From NCBI GenBank assembly GCA_963747975.1, contig CAVVHI010000006.1:88145-152144 (forward strand): a stretch of DNA of 64,000 bases. The letters run 5' to 3'. Both the position numbers and the translations under genes were made by a program. Below are positions 9,302-20,010 of the stretch, in pieces. The first letter of the stretch is position 1; each line of letters starts with the position of its first letter. This stretch comes from an uncultured Actinomycetota bacterium. GTDB taxonomy: Bacteria > Actinomycetota > Actinomycetes > Propionibacteriales > Nocardioidaceae. Under the pieces are notes generated by a model. The model made no database searches, was not told where the DNA came from, and saw nothing but the letters and a program-made list of their open reading frames with translations.

Positions 9302-10840
9302 TCAGCGGGAGACGCCCTCGAGCGGGTCCCGCAGCTCCAGCCAGTGCAGCAGCGCGCGGGCCCCGAAGCCGGTGGCGCCCGCCGTCCACTCGTAGGCGTC
9401 CCCGGGCGAGTCGCCGACGGAGGCCACGTCCAGGTGCGCCCACGGCAGCCCGCCGGTGAACGGCTGCAGGAACAGTGCGGCGGTGATCGCGCCCGGCCCG
9501 CCGGCGGCGTTGTCCCCGTCGGCGACCTCGGACTCGACGCGCTCGGCGTAGTCCTCGACCAGCGGCATCCGCCACAGCGTCTCGCCGGAGGCACGCCCTG
9601 CGACGGCGATCAGGTCGGCGAGGGCGTCGTCGGTGGCGAAGAAGCCGCCGGTGCGCTGGCCGAGGGCGATCTTCATGGCACCGGTCAGCGTGGCCACGTC
9701 GACGACCACGTCCGGGCTCAGCTCGGCCGCCGCGTAGGCGAGCGCGTCGGCCAGGACCAGGCGGCCCTCGGCGTCGGTGTTGCGCACCTCGCTGGTGCGG
9801 CCACCGTAGTGCCGGACGACGTCGCCGGGGCGCAGCGCGCTGCCGCTGACCGCGTTCTCGGCCGCGGGCACCAGGCCGGTGACGCGGACCGGGCAGTCGA
9901 GGTCGGCCAGCGCCCCCATCACCGCGAGGACGACCCCGCCACCGGTCATGTCGCGCTTCATGTTCGTCATCGCCTCGGCGGGCTTGATGGACAGGCCGCC
10001 GGTGTCGAAGGTGACGCCCTTGCCGACCAGCACCACGTGAGGGGTGTCGCGGCGCACCCGCCGGGGCCGGTAGTCGAGCCGGACCAGCCGCGGCGGGCTG
10101 GCCGACCCCTGTCCCACGCCGACGATGCCGCCGAAGCCCTCGGCGCGCAGCTGCGCCTCGTCCCAGACCCGCAGGTCGAGGCCCGCGGACCCGGCGACCT
10201 CCCGGGCCCGGTCGGCCAGCCAGGCCGGGTTCTTCTCGTTCGACGGCACCAGCGCGAGCGTGCGGGAGTACCAGCCGGCGCCGGCGACGGCCAGGGCGCG
10301 CTCCAGGACCGACTGCCGGTCGGGGCCGGACTCACCGGCGAGCACGACGCGCGACACCGGCTGCTCCTTGGGCCCGGTGGAGCGGCGGTGGAAGCCGAAG
10401 GACCCGAGCACGAGCCCCTCGACGACGGCGCGGAGCCCGGCGTCGTCGGACAGCGCGGCGAGGGACGTGGCAACCGTGCCCCTGCCCCGGACCCGTCGGG
10501 CCAGCGCCGCCCCGGCCCGGCGCAGGTCCGCCGGCTCACCGCGGCCGACCCCCACGAACAGGACCGACCGCAGGCTGGTGTTGCTCAGGCCCTCGGCGGA
10601 CAGGACCGGGTGCTCGACCAGGTCGCCGACCTTGCCGGTGGCGTTGTGGTGCTCGAGCAGCGCGAAGACGTCGAGGTCGAGCTCGTCGAGGAGCTCGGCG
10701 GCGCCGGGACCGAGCGCGGGACCCTGGCCCTCCTCACCGGGCAGGACCGGGACCGCCACCACGTCGGCGCCGACGACCCTCGTGGGCGCGGCGCTGCTGA
10801 GCGCCACCTGCGGCGGCGAGACTTGGCTGGGCAGGGCCAC
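9302..10840 (-). CDS. pepA: Leucyl aminopeptidase (peptidase M17)
   Basis: VGKGVTFDTGG, MKRDMTG, NTDAEGRLVLAD, DVATLTGA. Confidence 0.93.
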   Translation of the reverse strand: MALPSQVSPPQVALSSAAPTRVVGADVVAVPVLPGEEGQGPALGPGAAELLDELDLDVFALLEHHNATGKVGDLVEHPVLSAEGLSNTSLRSVLFVGVGRGEPADLRRAGAALARRVRGRGTVATSLAALSDDAGLRAVVEGLVLGSFGFHRRSTGPKEQPVSRVVLAGESGPDRQSVLERALAVAGAGWYSRTLALVPSNEKNPAWLADRAREVAGSAGLDLRVWDEAQLRAEGFGGIVGVGQGSASPPRLVRLDYRPRRVRRDTPHVVLVGKGVTFDTGGLSIKPAEAMTNMKRDMTGGGVVLAVMGALADLDCPVRVTGLVPAAENAVSGSALRPGDVVRHYGGRTSEVRNTDAEGRLVLADALAYAAAELSPDVVVDVATLTGAMKIALGQRTGGFFATDDALADLIAVAGRASGETLWRMPLVEDYAERVESEVADGDNAAGGPGAITAALFLQPFTGGLPWAHLDVASVGDSPGDAYEWTAGATGFGARALLHWLELRDPLEGVSR

Positions 10841-10914
10841 GGCGGTTCCCCCTGGTGGTCGAGACGGTCGGTCGGCCCGACCCTACCGACGCCGGAGCGT
10901 CCCGGCACAACCGA

Positions 10915-10949
10915 GGACCCCGGGAGCCGTGTCGCGGCTCCCGGGGTCC
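10915..10949 (-). terminator. 15-bp perfect hairpin downstream of DUF3117 gene
   Basis: ggaccccgggagccg-tgtcg-cggctcccggggtcc. Confidence 0.75.
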
Positions 10950-10987
10950 GTTGGGTCATGGTCGGGGCGAGTGCCCGAGGGCTGTCG

Positions 10988-11155
10988 TCAGCCGACGACC
11001 TCGTTGAGGGCCGCGCCGAGCGCACCGGCCTCCTCGGCGTTCAGCTCGACGACGAGCCGGCCACCACCCTCGAGCGGGACGCGCATCACGATGCCGCGCC
11101 CCTCCTTCGTGACCTCGAGCGGGCCGTCGCCCGTCCGCGGCTTCATCGCCGCCAT
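10988..11155 (-). CDS. DUF3117 family small protein
   Basis: MAAMKPRTGDGPLEVTKEGRGIVMRVPLEGGGRLVVEL signature. Confidence 0.92.
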   Translation of the reverse strand: MAAMKPRTGDGPLEVTKEGRGIVMRVPLEGGGRLVVELNAEEAGALGAALNEVVG

Positions 11156-11348
11156 GCGCACACCTCTTCCTTGGTCCTGCAGCACACCTGCCCGGCGTGG
11201 TCCCTCCCACACCGATCGGAGTTCACCTGGCGCGCCGCTCTGCCGCACCATTATCGCTCATGACCCCGGTGGGCTGGACCACAACCTCCCGACTGGACGC
11301 CGATGGCCACCTCGCGCACCTTGGACCGGTTTGCGGCAGACTCCTGGT

Positions 11349-12167
11349 GTGCACGCCAGGTCCGCGCTCTTCGACCTCTTCGGTGACCACCTGCGCTCCC
11401 GCGGGGGCCGCGCGCCGGTCGCCTCCCTCGTGCGCATCCTCAGCCCCCTGGGGGTCAGCGCGCCGGCGGTGCGCACGGCGATCTCGCGGATGGTCCGCCA
11501 GGACTGGCTGGCCCCGGTGGAGCTGGACGGGGTCCGCGGCTACGCGCTGACCGAGCGGGCCCGGCGCCGCCTCGACGACGCGGCCACCCGGATCTACCGC
11601 ACCCGCGACAGCGGCTGGAAGGGGTCCTGGGACCTGCTGGTGCTCACCTCGCTGCCCGCACGCGCCGGCCGCGAGCGTCTCCGCTCGGCGCTCTCCTTCC
11701 TCGGCTACGCCCCCCTCGCCGACGGCACCTGGATCAGCCCCTACGCCTCCGCCGAGGCCGAGGCCGTCGTCGCGGCCGAGGGGGCCCTGGCCATCAGGTT
11801 CGAGGCGTACGACGGGGAGCCGACCGCGCTGGCGAGGAAGGCCTGGGACCTCGATGCCCTGGGCACCGCCTACGCCTCCTGGCACGCCGAGGCCCACCGG
11901 CTCGTGGCCGACCCGGAGGGCAGGCTCGGCCTGCCGCCGCTCGACGACGACGAACGGGCCTTCGTGGTGCGCTCCCTCCTCGTCCACGAGTGGCGGAAGT
12001 TCCTCTTCTCCGACCCCGACCTGCCCGTCGAGCTGCTGCCGGCAGACTGGCCCGGGCACGACGCGGCGAGGTTCTTCACCGAGGAGGCGGCGCGCCTGTT
12101 GCCCCCGACCGCCCGATTCATCGACCGTTGCCTGGAACCCGACCCGACCGCTGGAGAGAACCCATGA
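11349..12167 (+). CDS. PaaX family transcriptional regulator
   Basis: RSALFDLFGDHL..AVRTAISRMVRQDWL..LVHEWRKFLFSDPDLP.ELLP.DWPG. Confidence 0.9.
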   Translation: MHARSALFDLFGDHLRSRGGRAPVASLVRILSPLGVSAPAVRTAISRMVRQDWLAPVELDGVRGYALTERARRRLDDAATRIYRTRDSGWKGSWDLLVLTSLPARAGRERLRSALSFLGYAPLADGTWISPYASAEAEAVVAAEGALAIRFEAYDGEPTALARKAWDLDALGTAYASWHAEAHRLVADPEGRLGLPPLDDDERAFVVRSLLVHEWRKFLFSDPDLPVELLPADWPGHDAARFFTEEAARLLPPTARFIDRCLEPDPTAGENP

Positions 12168-12955
12168 CCGAGCAGCCCGTGACCTACGCCGTCTCCGACG
12201 GGGTCGCGACGATCACCCTCAACCGGCCCGAGGCGATGAACAGCCTCGACGTCGCCACCAAGGTCGCCCTGCGCGACACCGTCGCCCGGGCGGCCGAGGA
12301 CGAGGCGGCCCGGTGCGTGGTGCTGACCGGCAGCGGCCGGGCGTTCTGCGTCGGCCAGGACCTCAAGGAGCACATCAAGCTGCTCGAGACCGGGGACCCG
12401 TCGCCGCTGCGCACGGTCGAGGAGCACTACAACCCGACCGTGACCACGCTGGCGAGCATGCCCAAGCCCGTGGTCGCGGCCGTGAACGGGGTGGCCGCGG
12501 GTGCCGGCGCCTCGCTGGCCTTCGCCTGCGACTTCCGGGTGCTGGCCGACACGGCGGGGTTCAACCTGGCGTTCTCCGGCGTCGCGCTCTCCTGCGACAC
12601 CGGCGCCTCGTGGACGCTGCCCCGCCTCGTCGGACGCGAGAAGGCGCTGGAGCTGATGTACTTCCCGCGCACGGTCCCCGCCGACGAGGCACGCGAGCTC
12701 GGCCTCGCCACGAAGGTCGTCCCGGCGGCGGACCTCGCGACGGAGGTGGCGGCCCTGGCCGACCGGCTCGCCGCCGGCCCGACCGTGTCCTTCGGCGCCA
12801 TCCGCCGGTCGGTCCACCACTCCGCGGGCCACGGCTTCGCGGACTCGGTCGCGTTCGAGGCGGAGATGATGGCGCTCACCGGAGGGACCGAGGACCATCG
12901 CAGCGCCGTCGCCGCCTTCGTGGCGAAGGAGAAGCCGACCTTCCGCGGGCGGTGA
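12164..12955 (+). CDS. Enoyl-CoA hydratase/isomerase (PaaG-like)
   Basis: ITLNRPEAMNS, AFCVGQDL, KPVVAAVNGVAAGAG. Confidence 0.92.
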   Translation: MTEQPVTYAVSDGVATITLNRPEAMNSLDVATKVALRDTVARAAEDEAARCVVLTGSGRAFCVGQDLKEHIKLLETGDPSPLRTVEEHYNPTVTTLASMPKPVVAAVNGVAAGAGASLAFACDFRVLADTAGFNLAFSGVALSCDTGASWTLPRLVGREKALELMYFPRTVPADEARELGLATKVVPAADLATEVAALADRLAAGPTVSFGAIRRSVHHSAGHGFADSVAFEAEMMALTGGTEDHRSAVAAFVAKEKPTFRGR

Positions 12956-13725
12956 GCGCGGTGCGAGCACGCATCGGGGCGGCCGGGGCGTCGTTGGTGA
13001 TGGCGGCATCGCTCGTGGCGGGCCCCACGGCTCCCGCCTCCGCGGCCGGCAGCCTCGCCGACCGGATCGACGTACCCGACGGGGTGCGGCAGCTGGTGAC
13101 CGTGACCAACCGGGGGTGGTCGCGGACCGGCGCCAACCTGCGGGTGTGGCAGCGCGATGGCGGGTCGTGGCGGCAGGTGCGCGGACCGGTCCGGGTGTCG
13201 CTGGGCTGGAACGGCTTCGTCAAGGCCCGGGAACGCCGCCAGTCGACCGGCACCACGCCGGCGGGCCGGTTCACCATGCGCTCGGTCTTCGGCACCCGGG
13301 CCGACCCGGGCAGCAACCTGCCCTACCGGCGGGTCGACGGCGACGACTTCTGGCCCTACGAGCCACGGGACCCCGCGACCTACAACGTCCTGCAGCCGTC
13401 GCGGTCGCCGCGCACGAGCTGGCGGGCGGGGTACGTCGAGCGGCTGGCGGACTACCCGGTGGAGTACGCCTACAGCATCGTGCTCGGCTACAACCTGCCC
13501 CGGGGGGTGCGGTGGTCGGCCCGGCGGCAGCAGTACGTCGCCCGGCACCGTGCCGACACCGCGCGCGGCGGCGGGATCTTCCTGCACGTCAAGGAGAAGC
13601 CGACCACCGCCGGCTGCGTCTCCGCCCCGCTCAGGCAGGTCCGCTGGCTGGTGCGGTGGCTCGATCCCGAGCTGCATCCCCGGATCGTGATGGGGCCGCG
13701 GGCGTGGGTGCTCCGCCGGTACTGA
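12952..13725 (+). CDS. Secreted L,D-transpeptidase-like (YkuD) protein
   Basis: Signal peptide; GTTPAG; GGGIFLH..PTTAGCVS (H..C catalytic motif). Confidence 0.8.
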   Translation: MSAVRARIGAAGASLVMAASLVAGPTAPASAAGSLADRIDVPDGVRQLVTVTNRGWSRTGANLRVWQRDGGSWRQVRGPVRVSLGWNGFVKARERRQSTGTTPAGRFTMRSVFGTRADPGSNLPYRRVDGDDFWPYEPRDPATYNVLQPSRSPRTSWRAGYVERLADYPVEYAYSIVLGYNLPRGVRWSARRQQYVARHRADTARGGGIFLHVKEKPTTAGCVSAPLRQVRWLVRWLDPELHPRIVMGPRAWVLRRY

Positions 13726-14475
13726 CTACCGCGACCCGCCGAGGGCGCGCAGCAGCTGGCGCGGGGCGCGGACGTTCATCCGCCGCCAGGACGGGTCCTT
13801 GCCGTACTCGACCGTGACCGCCGTGCCGTCGAGGCGGTGGTTCACCCACTGGGTGAAGGTGCCGTGGCAGGTGCCGCCGCACGGGAACGACCTCACCGGC
13901 AGCCGCAGGTGGCGGGCCAGCCGGCGCACGAAGCGGGGACGCTTCGCGTCGTAGCGGTCCACCCCGTGCAGGGGCTGGTGGAAGGAGACGACGCGGTCGG
14001 GCTGCACGCGTCGCAGGAACCGCATCAGCGCCCGGGTCTCGGGCTCCGACCCCGCCGCCGGGCCAGACTCCACCGCGCCGTCGAGCGCCTTCCAGGCGTA
14101 CCGGAAGTTGCGGTTCAGGTCGACGCCGTGGGCGTTCGCGCGGGTGCCCCGGACCAGACCGTCCGGGTTGACCCGAGGGACGACCCACAGGTCCACGCCG
14201 GAGACCGGCGGGCCGTCGCGCAGCTGTTCCAGGATCCGTCGCGGAGCCGGCTCGTCGCCGTGGAGCGTGGCGACCGCGACCGCGGTCGTCCGCGCACCGG
14301 GGTCACCGAGGCGCCACGCCCGGATCGGCCGGCCCAGCACCGAGGTGCCGATGACCCGCTTCTCCACGACGGCGGGGCGGGGCGGCGAGACCTGCGGCGC
14401 GGCGGGAGCGAGCAGGACACCGGCTCCCAGGGACGCCACCACGGCGGCGACCACGGCCGCCGGCACCCGGGTCAC
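13726..14475 (-). CDS. M14 zinc carboxypeptidase (MpaA-like), secreted
   Basis: HGDE, NPDG, NAHGVDLNRNF, SEPET, SFHQP, VTVE. Confidence 0.85.
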   Translation of the reverse strand: MTRVPAAVVAAVVASLGAGVLLAPAAPQVSPPRPAVVEKRVIGTSVLGRPIRAWRLGDPGARTTAVAVATLHGDEPAPRRILEQLRDGPPVSGVDLWVVPRVNPDGLVRGTRANAHGVDLNRNFRYAWKALDGAVESGPAAGSEPETRALMRFLRRVQPDRVVSFHQPLHGVDRYDAKRPRFVRRLARHLRLPVRSFPCGGTCHGTFTQWVNHRLDGTAVTVEYGKDPSWRRMNVRAPRQLLRALGGSR

Positions 14476-14879
14476 GGGATGCTACCGAGGACGTAGAGCA
14501 CGGTGAAGACGGTCACGCCGACCAGCAGGCCCACGTGGGCCAGCACGGACAGTCCCGGTCCGCCCCACGTGTCGGTGCGCGGCCGCGAGGAGTGTCGCCC
14601 CTTGGCGGGCAACCACCGCGACAGGATGACCAGGCCGGCGGCCACGGTCAGCCACCACGCGACCAGCGCGACCAGCCCGACGACCGGGATGTCGGCGAGC
14701 AGGAACACCGTCCAGGTGACCAGCGCCAGACCACCGGCGAACGTGTGCAGGTTGACCACGTAGGCGGGGATCGACAGCCGCCCGGCCGCCTCCTCGTCCC
14801 GGGCGAGACGCACCCTCGTGAGCACGACGACGACCGCCGCCAGCACGGTGAGGACGACGGTGGCGAGCAACGGGGTCAC
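14472..14879 (-). CDS. Hypothetical membrane protein
   Basis: Four hydrophobic segments; overlap-coupled to the next gene. Confidence 0.7.
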   Translation of the reverse strand: MTPLLATVVLTVLAAVVVVLTRVRLARDEEAAGRLSIPAYVVNLHTFAGGLALVTWTVFLLADIPVVGLVALVAWWLTVAAGLVILSRWLPAKGRHSSRPRTDTWGGPGLSVLAHVGLLVGVTVFTVLYVLGSIP

Positions 14880-14906
14880 GATCAGAGCATGCCCGATCCG
14901 GGACGG

Positions 14907-15509
14907 TCAGGTGGCGAACGGGTCCGGGTCGGGCCGTGTGCCGTGGCGCACCCAGCACCCGGCGAGGTGGTCGTCGACCATGCCGGTCGCCTGCATCAGG
15001 GCGTACGACGTCGTGGGGCCGACGAAGCGGAACCCCCGGCGCCGGAGCTCCTTGGCCATGGCCGTCGACTCGGCGGTGACCGCGGCGACGTCGCCGGCCC
15101 GCGCCGGGACGGTGGGCCGGTCCGGGGCGAAGGACCACAGCAGGTCGGACAGCGCCACGTCGAGGTCCAGCACCGCCCGCGCGTTCGAGACGGTGGCCTC
15201 GATCTTCGCCCGGTTGCGGACGATGCCCGCGTCGGCGAGCAGCCGTGCGACGTCGTCCTCCCCGAACGCGGCGACCTGGTCCACGTCGAAACCGCGGAAG
15301 GCCGCGCGGAACGCCTCACGCTTGCGGAGGATCGTGATCCACGACAGCCCCGACTGGAACGCCTCGAGGCTGAGCCGCTCGAACAGGGCCTGGTCGCCGC
15401 GCAGCGGCCGCCCCCACTCGGTGTCGTGGTAGGCGAGGTACTCCGGGGCGGAGCCGGCCCAGGCGCACCGGGCCCGCCCGTCGGGACCCTCGAGCAGCCC
15501 GTCGCTCAC
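14907..15509 (-). CDS. tag: DNA-3-methyladenine glycosylase I
   Basis: RCAWA..YHDTEWG..LFERLSLEAFQSGLSW..IVRNRAKI..GFRFVGPTT..GMVDDHL.GC. Confidence 0.95.
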   Translation of the reverse strand: MSDGLLEGPDGRARCAWAGSAPEYLAYHDTEWGRPLRGDQALFERLSLEAFQSGLSWITILRKREAFRAAFRGFDVDQVAAFGEDDVARLLADAGIVRNRAKIEATVSNARAVLDLDVALSDLLWSFAPDRPTVPARAGDVAAVTAESTAMAKELRRRGFRFVGPTTSYALMQATGMVDDHLAGCWVRHGTRPDPDPFAT

Positions 15510-15997
15510 GGCGCGGAGCGCTCGGCGCGGCGTGCCATCCGGGACAGCACCCAGGTGGCGCCCCGGTCCAGCAGCGGGCTGAGGAACCGGCCGGCCAGCC
15601 GCCACACCAGCTCCCCGACCGGGCCGCCCGGCACGGCGAGGCGCTCCCACAGGCTCGCGGTGCAGCTGTCCGGGCCGGTGGCGACGACGCGCAGCTGTGC
15701 CTCCCCGCGGACCACGCTGCCGGTGTGCAGGATCTCGCAGCGTCCGGACCCGTCGGGCGACTCCGCCCACGTCGCCACCGTGATCGGGTCCCAGAACCCG
15801 ACCGGCCCGATCCCGGTCCACGCCCGGAACCGGCCGCCGACGTGGCGCGCGCGCCGGTCGGGCGTGGTGCTGTCGGCGACGACCTCCACGTGGGTGAGCG
15901 GGATCCACTCCCCCTGCCGCGGCCAGTCGGTGATGTAGCCGAAGACCCGGGCCGCCGGTGCCCGGACCGGTACCTCGGCGCGTACGACGAGCGGCAT
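15506..15997 (-). CDS. SRPBCC family protein
   Basis: APAARVF..TDWPRQGEWIPLT..GFWDPITV..HTG.VVRG. Confidence 0.8.
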   Translation of the reverse strand: MPLVVRAEVPVRAPAARVFGYITDWPRQGEWIPLTHVEVVADSTTPDRRARHVGGRFRAWTGIGPVGFWDPITVATWAESPDGSGRCEILHTGSVVRGEAQLRVVATGPDSCTASLWERLAVPGGPVGELVWRLAGRFLSPLLDRGATWVLSRMARRAERSAP

Positions 15998-16335
15998 CAG
16001 CGGTCCTCCTTCCGGGCGGAGCCCTCGGAGCCGGCCTCCTGCTCGGCCGCGGGCCCCACCGCCTGGTCGTGCTCCTGCTCGCGCCCCTGTCGCGCCTCGT
16101 CGAGCTCGTCGGCGAGCCGCGCCAGCAGCGTGTCGACCTCCGACATCCGGTAGCCCCGGAACGCGGTGGTGAAACGCACCCGGCGCAGGTCGTCGCCGGC
16201 CAGGGGCCCTTCGGCCTGCACGCGCGAGTCCGCGCGGTCGTCGTACACCTCGGCCATCGACCCGCCCATGCCGGCGGCCACGACGGCGACCACGCCCATC
16301 AGCAGCACCACGAGGATCGCGAAGAACCAGGTCAC
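15997..16335 (-). CDS. Membrane-anchored DivIVA domain-containing protein
   Basis: N-terminal TM then VRFTTAFRGYRMSEVDTLLARL. Confidence 0.85.
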   Translation of the reverse strand: MTWFFAILVVLLMGVVAVVAAGMGGSMAEVYDDRADSRVQAEGPLAGDDLRRVRFTTAFRGYRMSEVDTLLARLADELDEARQGREQEHDQAVGPAAEQEAGSEGSARKEDR

Positions 16336-17156
16336 ATCGGCTCCTCGTCCCAGTCCAACGCGACCTGGAAGTCCTCGTCCTCGAGAGCGGTCGCGCGGTG
16401 GCGGGAGCGGGCCTCCTCGACGATGCGCACCGCCTCGGCCACGTCGTCGGTGACGTGGAAGATCTCGAAGTCGGGCGCGGAGACCTTCCCGCCGGCCAGC
16501 ACGGTGTGGCGCAGCCAGTCGACCAGGCCGGTCCAGTAGTCCGAGCCCATCAGGATGATCGGGAACGACGTCACCTTGCCGGTCTGGACGAGGGTGAGCG
16601 CCTCGAAGAGCTCGTCGAAGGTGCCGAAGCCGCCGGGCAGGACGACGAATCCCTGGGCGTACTTCACGAACATGGTCTTGCGCGCGAAGAAGTACCGGAA
16701 GTTGATCCCGACGTCGACGTACGGGTTGAGCCCCGCCTCGAACGGCAGCTCGATGCCGAGCCCCACCGACACCCCGCCGCCCTCGCAGGCACCCTTGTTC
16801 GCCGCCTCCATGATCCCCGGCCCACCGCCGGTGATCACCGCGAAACCGGCCGCGGACAGCGCGCGGCCGAGCTCCTCGGCCAGGACGTACATCGGCTCCC
16901 CCGGGCCGGTGCGCGCGGACCCGAACACCGAGATGGCAGGACCGAGCTCGGCCAGCGACCCGAAGCCCTCGACGAACTCCGCCTGGATCCGCAGGACGCG
17001 CCACGGGTCGGTGTGCACCCAGTCGCTCGGGCCGCGCTGGTCGAGCAGGTGCTGGTCGGTGGTGCCGGACTCGTAGCCGCGCCGGCGCATGGTCGTGCGG
17101 CCGCGCTGCTTGCTGGGGCCGGAGGGAACCTCGCCGCCCGCGCCGTGGTGCGTCAT
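16332..17156 (-). CDS. LOG family / TIGR00730 Rossmann-fold nucleotide hydrolase
   Basis: SVFGSAR, TGGGPGIMEA, RKTMFVKY, PGGFGTFDELFE. Confidence 0.92.
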   Translation of the reverse strand: MTHHGAGGEVPSGPSKQRGRTTMRRRGYESGTTDQHLLDQRGPSDWVHTDPWRVLRIQAEFVEGFGSLAELGPAISVFGSARTGPGEPMYVLAEELGRALSAAGFAVITGGGPGIMEAANKGACEGGGVSVGLGIELPFEAGLNPYVDVGINFRYFFARKTMFVKYAQGFVVLPGGFGTFDELFEALTLVQTGKVTSFPIILMGSDYWTGLVDWLRHTVLAGGKVSAPDFEIFHVTDDVAEAVRIVEEARSRHRATALEDEDFQVALDWDEEPM

Positions 17157-17165
17157 GCGCCGAGG

Positions 17166-18233
17166 CTATCCGGCCGGGGCGAGCCAGGTCCGCAGCTGCT
17201 GCTCGACACGGTGCAGGTGCTCGACCGGCACGTGCTCCTCCTGCTTGTGCGCCAGGTGCGGGTCGCCCGGCCCGAAGTTGACCGCCGGGATGCCGAGGGC
17301 GCTGAACCGGGCCACGTCGGTCCAGCCGAACTTGGGGTTGGCCACCCCGCCGACGGCCTCGACGAAGGCGGCCGCGGCGGGCACGGACAGGCCGGGCATC
17401 GCTCCGGGGGCGGTGTCGGTGATCTCGAGGTCGTAGCCCTCGAAGACCTCGCGCAGGTGCGCGGCCGCCTGCTCCTCGGAGCGGTCGGGGGCGAAGCGGT
17501 AGTTCACCGACACCGTGCAGCGGTCGGGCAGCACGTTGCCGGCCACGCCGCCGGCGATGAACACCGCGTTGAGCCCCTCGCGGTACTCCAGGCCGTCGAG
17601 CACCACCCGCCGCGGCTCGTAGTCGTCGAGGCGGCGCAGCACCTCCGCGGCGCCGTGGATGGCGTTGGTACCGCGCCAGGCGCGGGCCGAGTGCGCGCGC
17701 TCCCCGTGGGTGGTCACGTCGACGCGCATGGTGCCCTGGCACCCGGCCTCCACGACGGCGTCGGAGGGTTCCATGAGGATCGCGAAGTCGGCCTGGAGCA
17801 GCTCGGGGTGGGCCTCACCGAGGAGCTTGAGACCGTTGCGCTCCTCCTCGACCTCCTCGCAGTCGTAGAACAGGAAGGTGAGGTCGCGGTTCGGCGCCGT
17901 CACCGTCGCCGCGATCCGCAGGGCCACCGCGACCCCTCCCTTCATGTCGCAGCTGCCGAGGCCGTGGATCAGCTCCCCGTCACGGCGGGCCGGGAGGTTG
18001 GCGTTGACCGGGACGGTGTCGAGGTGCCCCGCGATCACCACCCGCTCCGGGCGACCGAGCCCGGTCCGCGCGACGACGGTGTTGCCGAACCGGCTCACGT
18101 CCAGGTGCGGCAGGGAGCGCAGCTGTGCCTCGACCGCGTCGGCGATCGCCTTCTCCTCGCCGCTGACCGACTCGATGTCCACGAGCTGCTCGGTGAGGGT
18201 GGCGACGTCCACGGTGAGGTCCAGTTCGCTCAT
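17166..18233 (-). CDS. dapE: Succinyl-diaminopimelate desuccinylase
   Basis: AGHLDTVP, GSCDMKGG, CEEV, HSARAW, GWTDVARF, GPGDP..AH. Confidence 0.95.
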   Translation of the reverse strand: MSELDLTVDVATLTEQLVDIESVSGEEKAIADAVEAQLRSLPHLDVSRFGNTVVARTGLGRPERVVIAGHLDTVPVNANLPARRDGELIHGLGSCDMKGGVAVALRIAATVTAPNRDLTFLFYDCEEVEEERNGLKLLGEAHPELLQADFAILMEPSDAVVEAGCQGTMRVDVTTHGERAHSARAWRGTNAIHGAAEVLRRLDDYEPRRVVLDGLEYREGLNAVFIAGGVAGNVLPDRCTVSVNYRFAPDRSEEQAAAHLREVFEGYDLEITDTAPGAMPGLSVPAAAAFVEAVGGVANPKFGWTDVARFSALGIPAVNFGPGDPHLAHKQEEHVPVEHLHRVEQQLRTWLAPAG

Positions 18234-18245
18234 GCGCCCATCCTG

Positions 18246-18974
18246 TCAGCGCTCGAAGACGCAGAACTCGTTGCCCTCCGGGTCGGCCATCACGTCCCAG
18301 GAGATCCGCTCCGCCGGGCCCGCCGGTGCATCCGCGTCCCGGGCCCGGAGCAGGGTGGCGCCCTTCTCCCGCAGCTCCTCGACGCTGCCGTAGACGTCCC
18401 AGTGGATGCGGTTCTTCACGGTCTTCGGCTCCGGGACGGGCACGAAGTCCATGGTGGTGATCGGCATCCCCGGGACGTGCTCGAGCCACCACCAGCCCTT
18501 GTCCTCGTCGCCGCCGGGCTCCACGCCGAGGACCTCGCCCCACCAGGCCGCGGCCGCCCGCGGGTCCCGGCAGTCCACGACCAGCCCGTGCACCGTGTAG
18601 CCGGGCACGTCCTCGGGCCCGCGCACGAAGGCGCAGAACTCGCCGCCCTCGGGGTCGGCCATCACCGTCCATCCGAAGCCGGACTCGGCGGCCGGCAGCA
18701 CGACCGTGGCGCCCCGGGCGACGAGCTCGTCCACGTCGCTGGTGTAGACGTCGAGGTGCACCCGGTGCTTGACCGTCTTGGGCTCGGGGACCCGGCACAT
18801 CGCGATGCCGTGCCCCTCGTCGGGTCCGACGAGGTCGCCGGGACCGCCGCCGTCCGGCCTGAACCGGAGACCCGCCACGTCCGCCCAGAACCGGCCGAGG
18901 GTCTCGCCGTCGGCGGTGTCCATGCACAGCTCCTTCCACCGTGCGATCCCGGTCACCTGGGTCTCCTTCCGCAT
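18246..18974 (-). CDS. VOC/glyoxalase family protein, two repeats
   Basis: Duplicated VPEPKTVK(H/N)R(V/I)H(L/W)DV and MADPEG(G/N)EFC(A/V)F. Confidence 0.9.
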   Translation of the reverse strand: MRKETQVTGIARWKELCMDTADGETLGRFWADVAGLRFRPDGGGPGDLVGPDEGHGIAMCRVPEPKTVKHRVHLDVYTSDVDELVARGATVVLPAAESGFGWTVMADPEGGEFCAFVRGPEDVPGYTVHGLVVDCRDPRAAAAWWGEVLGVEPGGDEDKGWWWLEHVPGMPITTMDFVPVPEPKTVKNRIHWDVYGSVEELREKGATLLRARDADAPAGPAERISWDVMADPEGNEFCVFER

Positions 18975-19032
18975 CGCAGGACACCGCCGTCCGGCTGCGG
19001 CGTCCTTGCCCGTTTTCGGTAGCGTGGCACAC

Positions 19033-20010
19033 GTGACCGACAGCAACCAGACGCAGACAGCCACCAGCGCGTGGGGCTTCGGCCTCGCCACCTTCGCCGG
19101 CGTCGACGGCGAGGGCGGCGTGCTCGACACGTGGTACCCCTCCCCCGTGCTCGGCGACGCCCCGGACCACGCCGAGCCCTCCGAGGCGCTCGGCGCGCTC
19201 GAGGGCCCCGACGAGCTCCGCGGCGTGCGGCGGGTGGTCGTCCGCACGGTGGTCGAGGACCTGCAGGCGGCACCGGCCGACGCCCACGACGCGTGGCTGC
19301 GGCTGCACCTGCTCAGCTCCCGGCTGGTCGCTCCGCGGACCATCTCGGTCGACGGCATCTTCGGGCTGCTCAGCAACGTGGTGTGGACCAGTGCGGGGCC
19401 GTGCCCGGTCGAGGGCTTCGAGGAGACCCGGCTGCGTCTGAAGGCGGCCGGCCGGGACGTGGCGGTGTACGGGGTCGACAAGTTCCCGCGGATGACCGAC
19501 TACGTGCTGCCCACCGGCGTACGTGTCGCCGACGCGGACCGGGTCCGCCTCGGCGCCCACCTCGCGGCCGGGACCACCGTGATGCACGAGGGCTTCGTCA
19601 ACTTCAACGCCGGGACGCTCGGCGCCTCGATGGTCGAGGGGCGGATCAGCGCCGGCGTGGTCGTCGGCGACGGCTCCGACATCGGCGGCGGCGCCTCGAT
19701 CATGGGGACCCTCTCCGGAGGCGGCAAGGAGGTCATCTCCATCGGCGAGCGGTGCCTGGTCGGCGCCAACGCGGGCATCGGGATCTCCCTGGGCGACCAC
19801 TGCGCGGTGGAGGCCGGCTGCTACGTGACCGCCGGGACCAAGGTCACCGTCCAGGACATGGACCGCAAGCCCAAGGTCATCAAGGCCGCCGAGCTCTCCG
19901 GCGGCTCCAACATCCTCTTCCGGCGCAACTCGGTCACCGGTGCGATCGAGGCGGTGCCGTGGGAGGGCGAGGGCATCGAGCTGAACGCCGCCCTGCATGC
20001 CAACGACTGA
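19033..20010 (+). CDS. dapD: Tetrahydrodipicolinate N-succinyltransferase
   Basis: [45 protein letters not shown]. Confidence 0.95.
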   Translation: MTDSNQTQTATSAWGFGLATFAGVDGEGGVLDTWYPSPVLGDAPDHAEPSEALGALEGPDELRGVRRVVVRTVVEDLQAAPADAHDAWLRLHLLSSRLVAPRTISVDGIFGLLSNVVWTSAGPCPVEGFEETRLRLKAAGRDVAVYGVDKFPRMTDYVLPTGVRVADADRVRLGAHLAAGTTVMHEGFVNFNAGTLGASMVEGRISAGVVVGDGSDIGGGASIMGTLSGGGKEVISIGERCLVGANAGIGISLGDHCAVEAGCYVTAGTKVTVQDMDRKPKVIKAAELSGGSNILFRRNSVTGAIEAVPWEGEGIELNAALHAND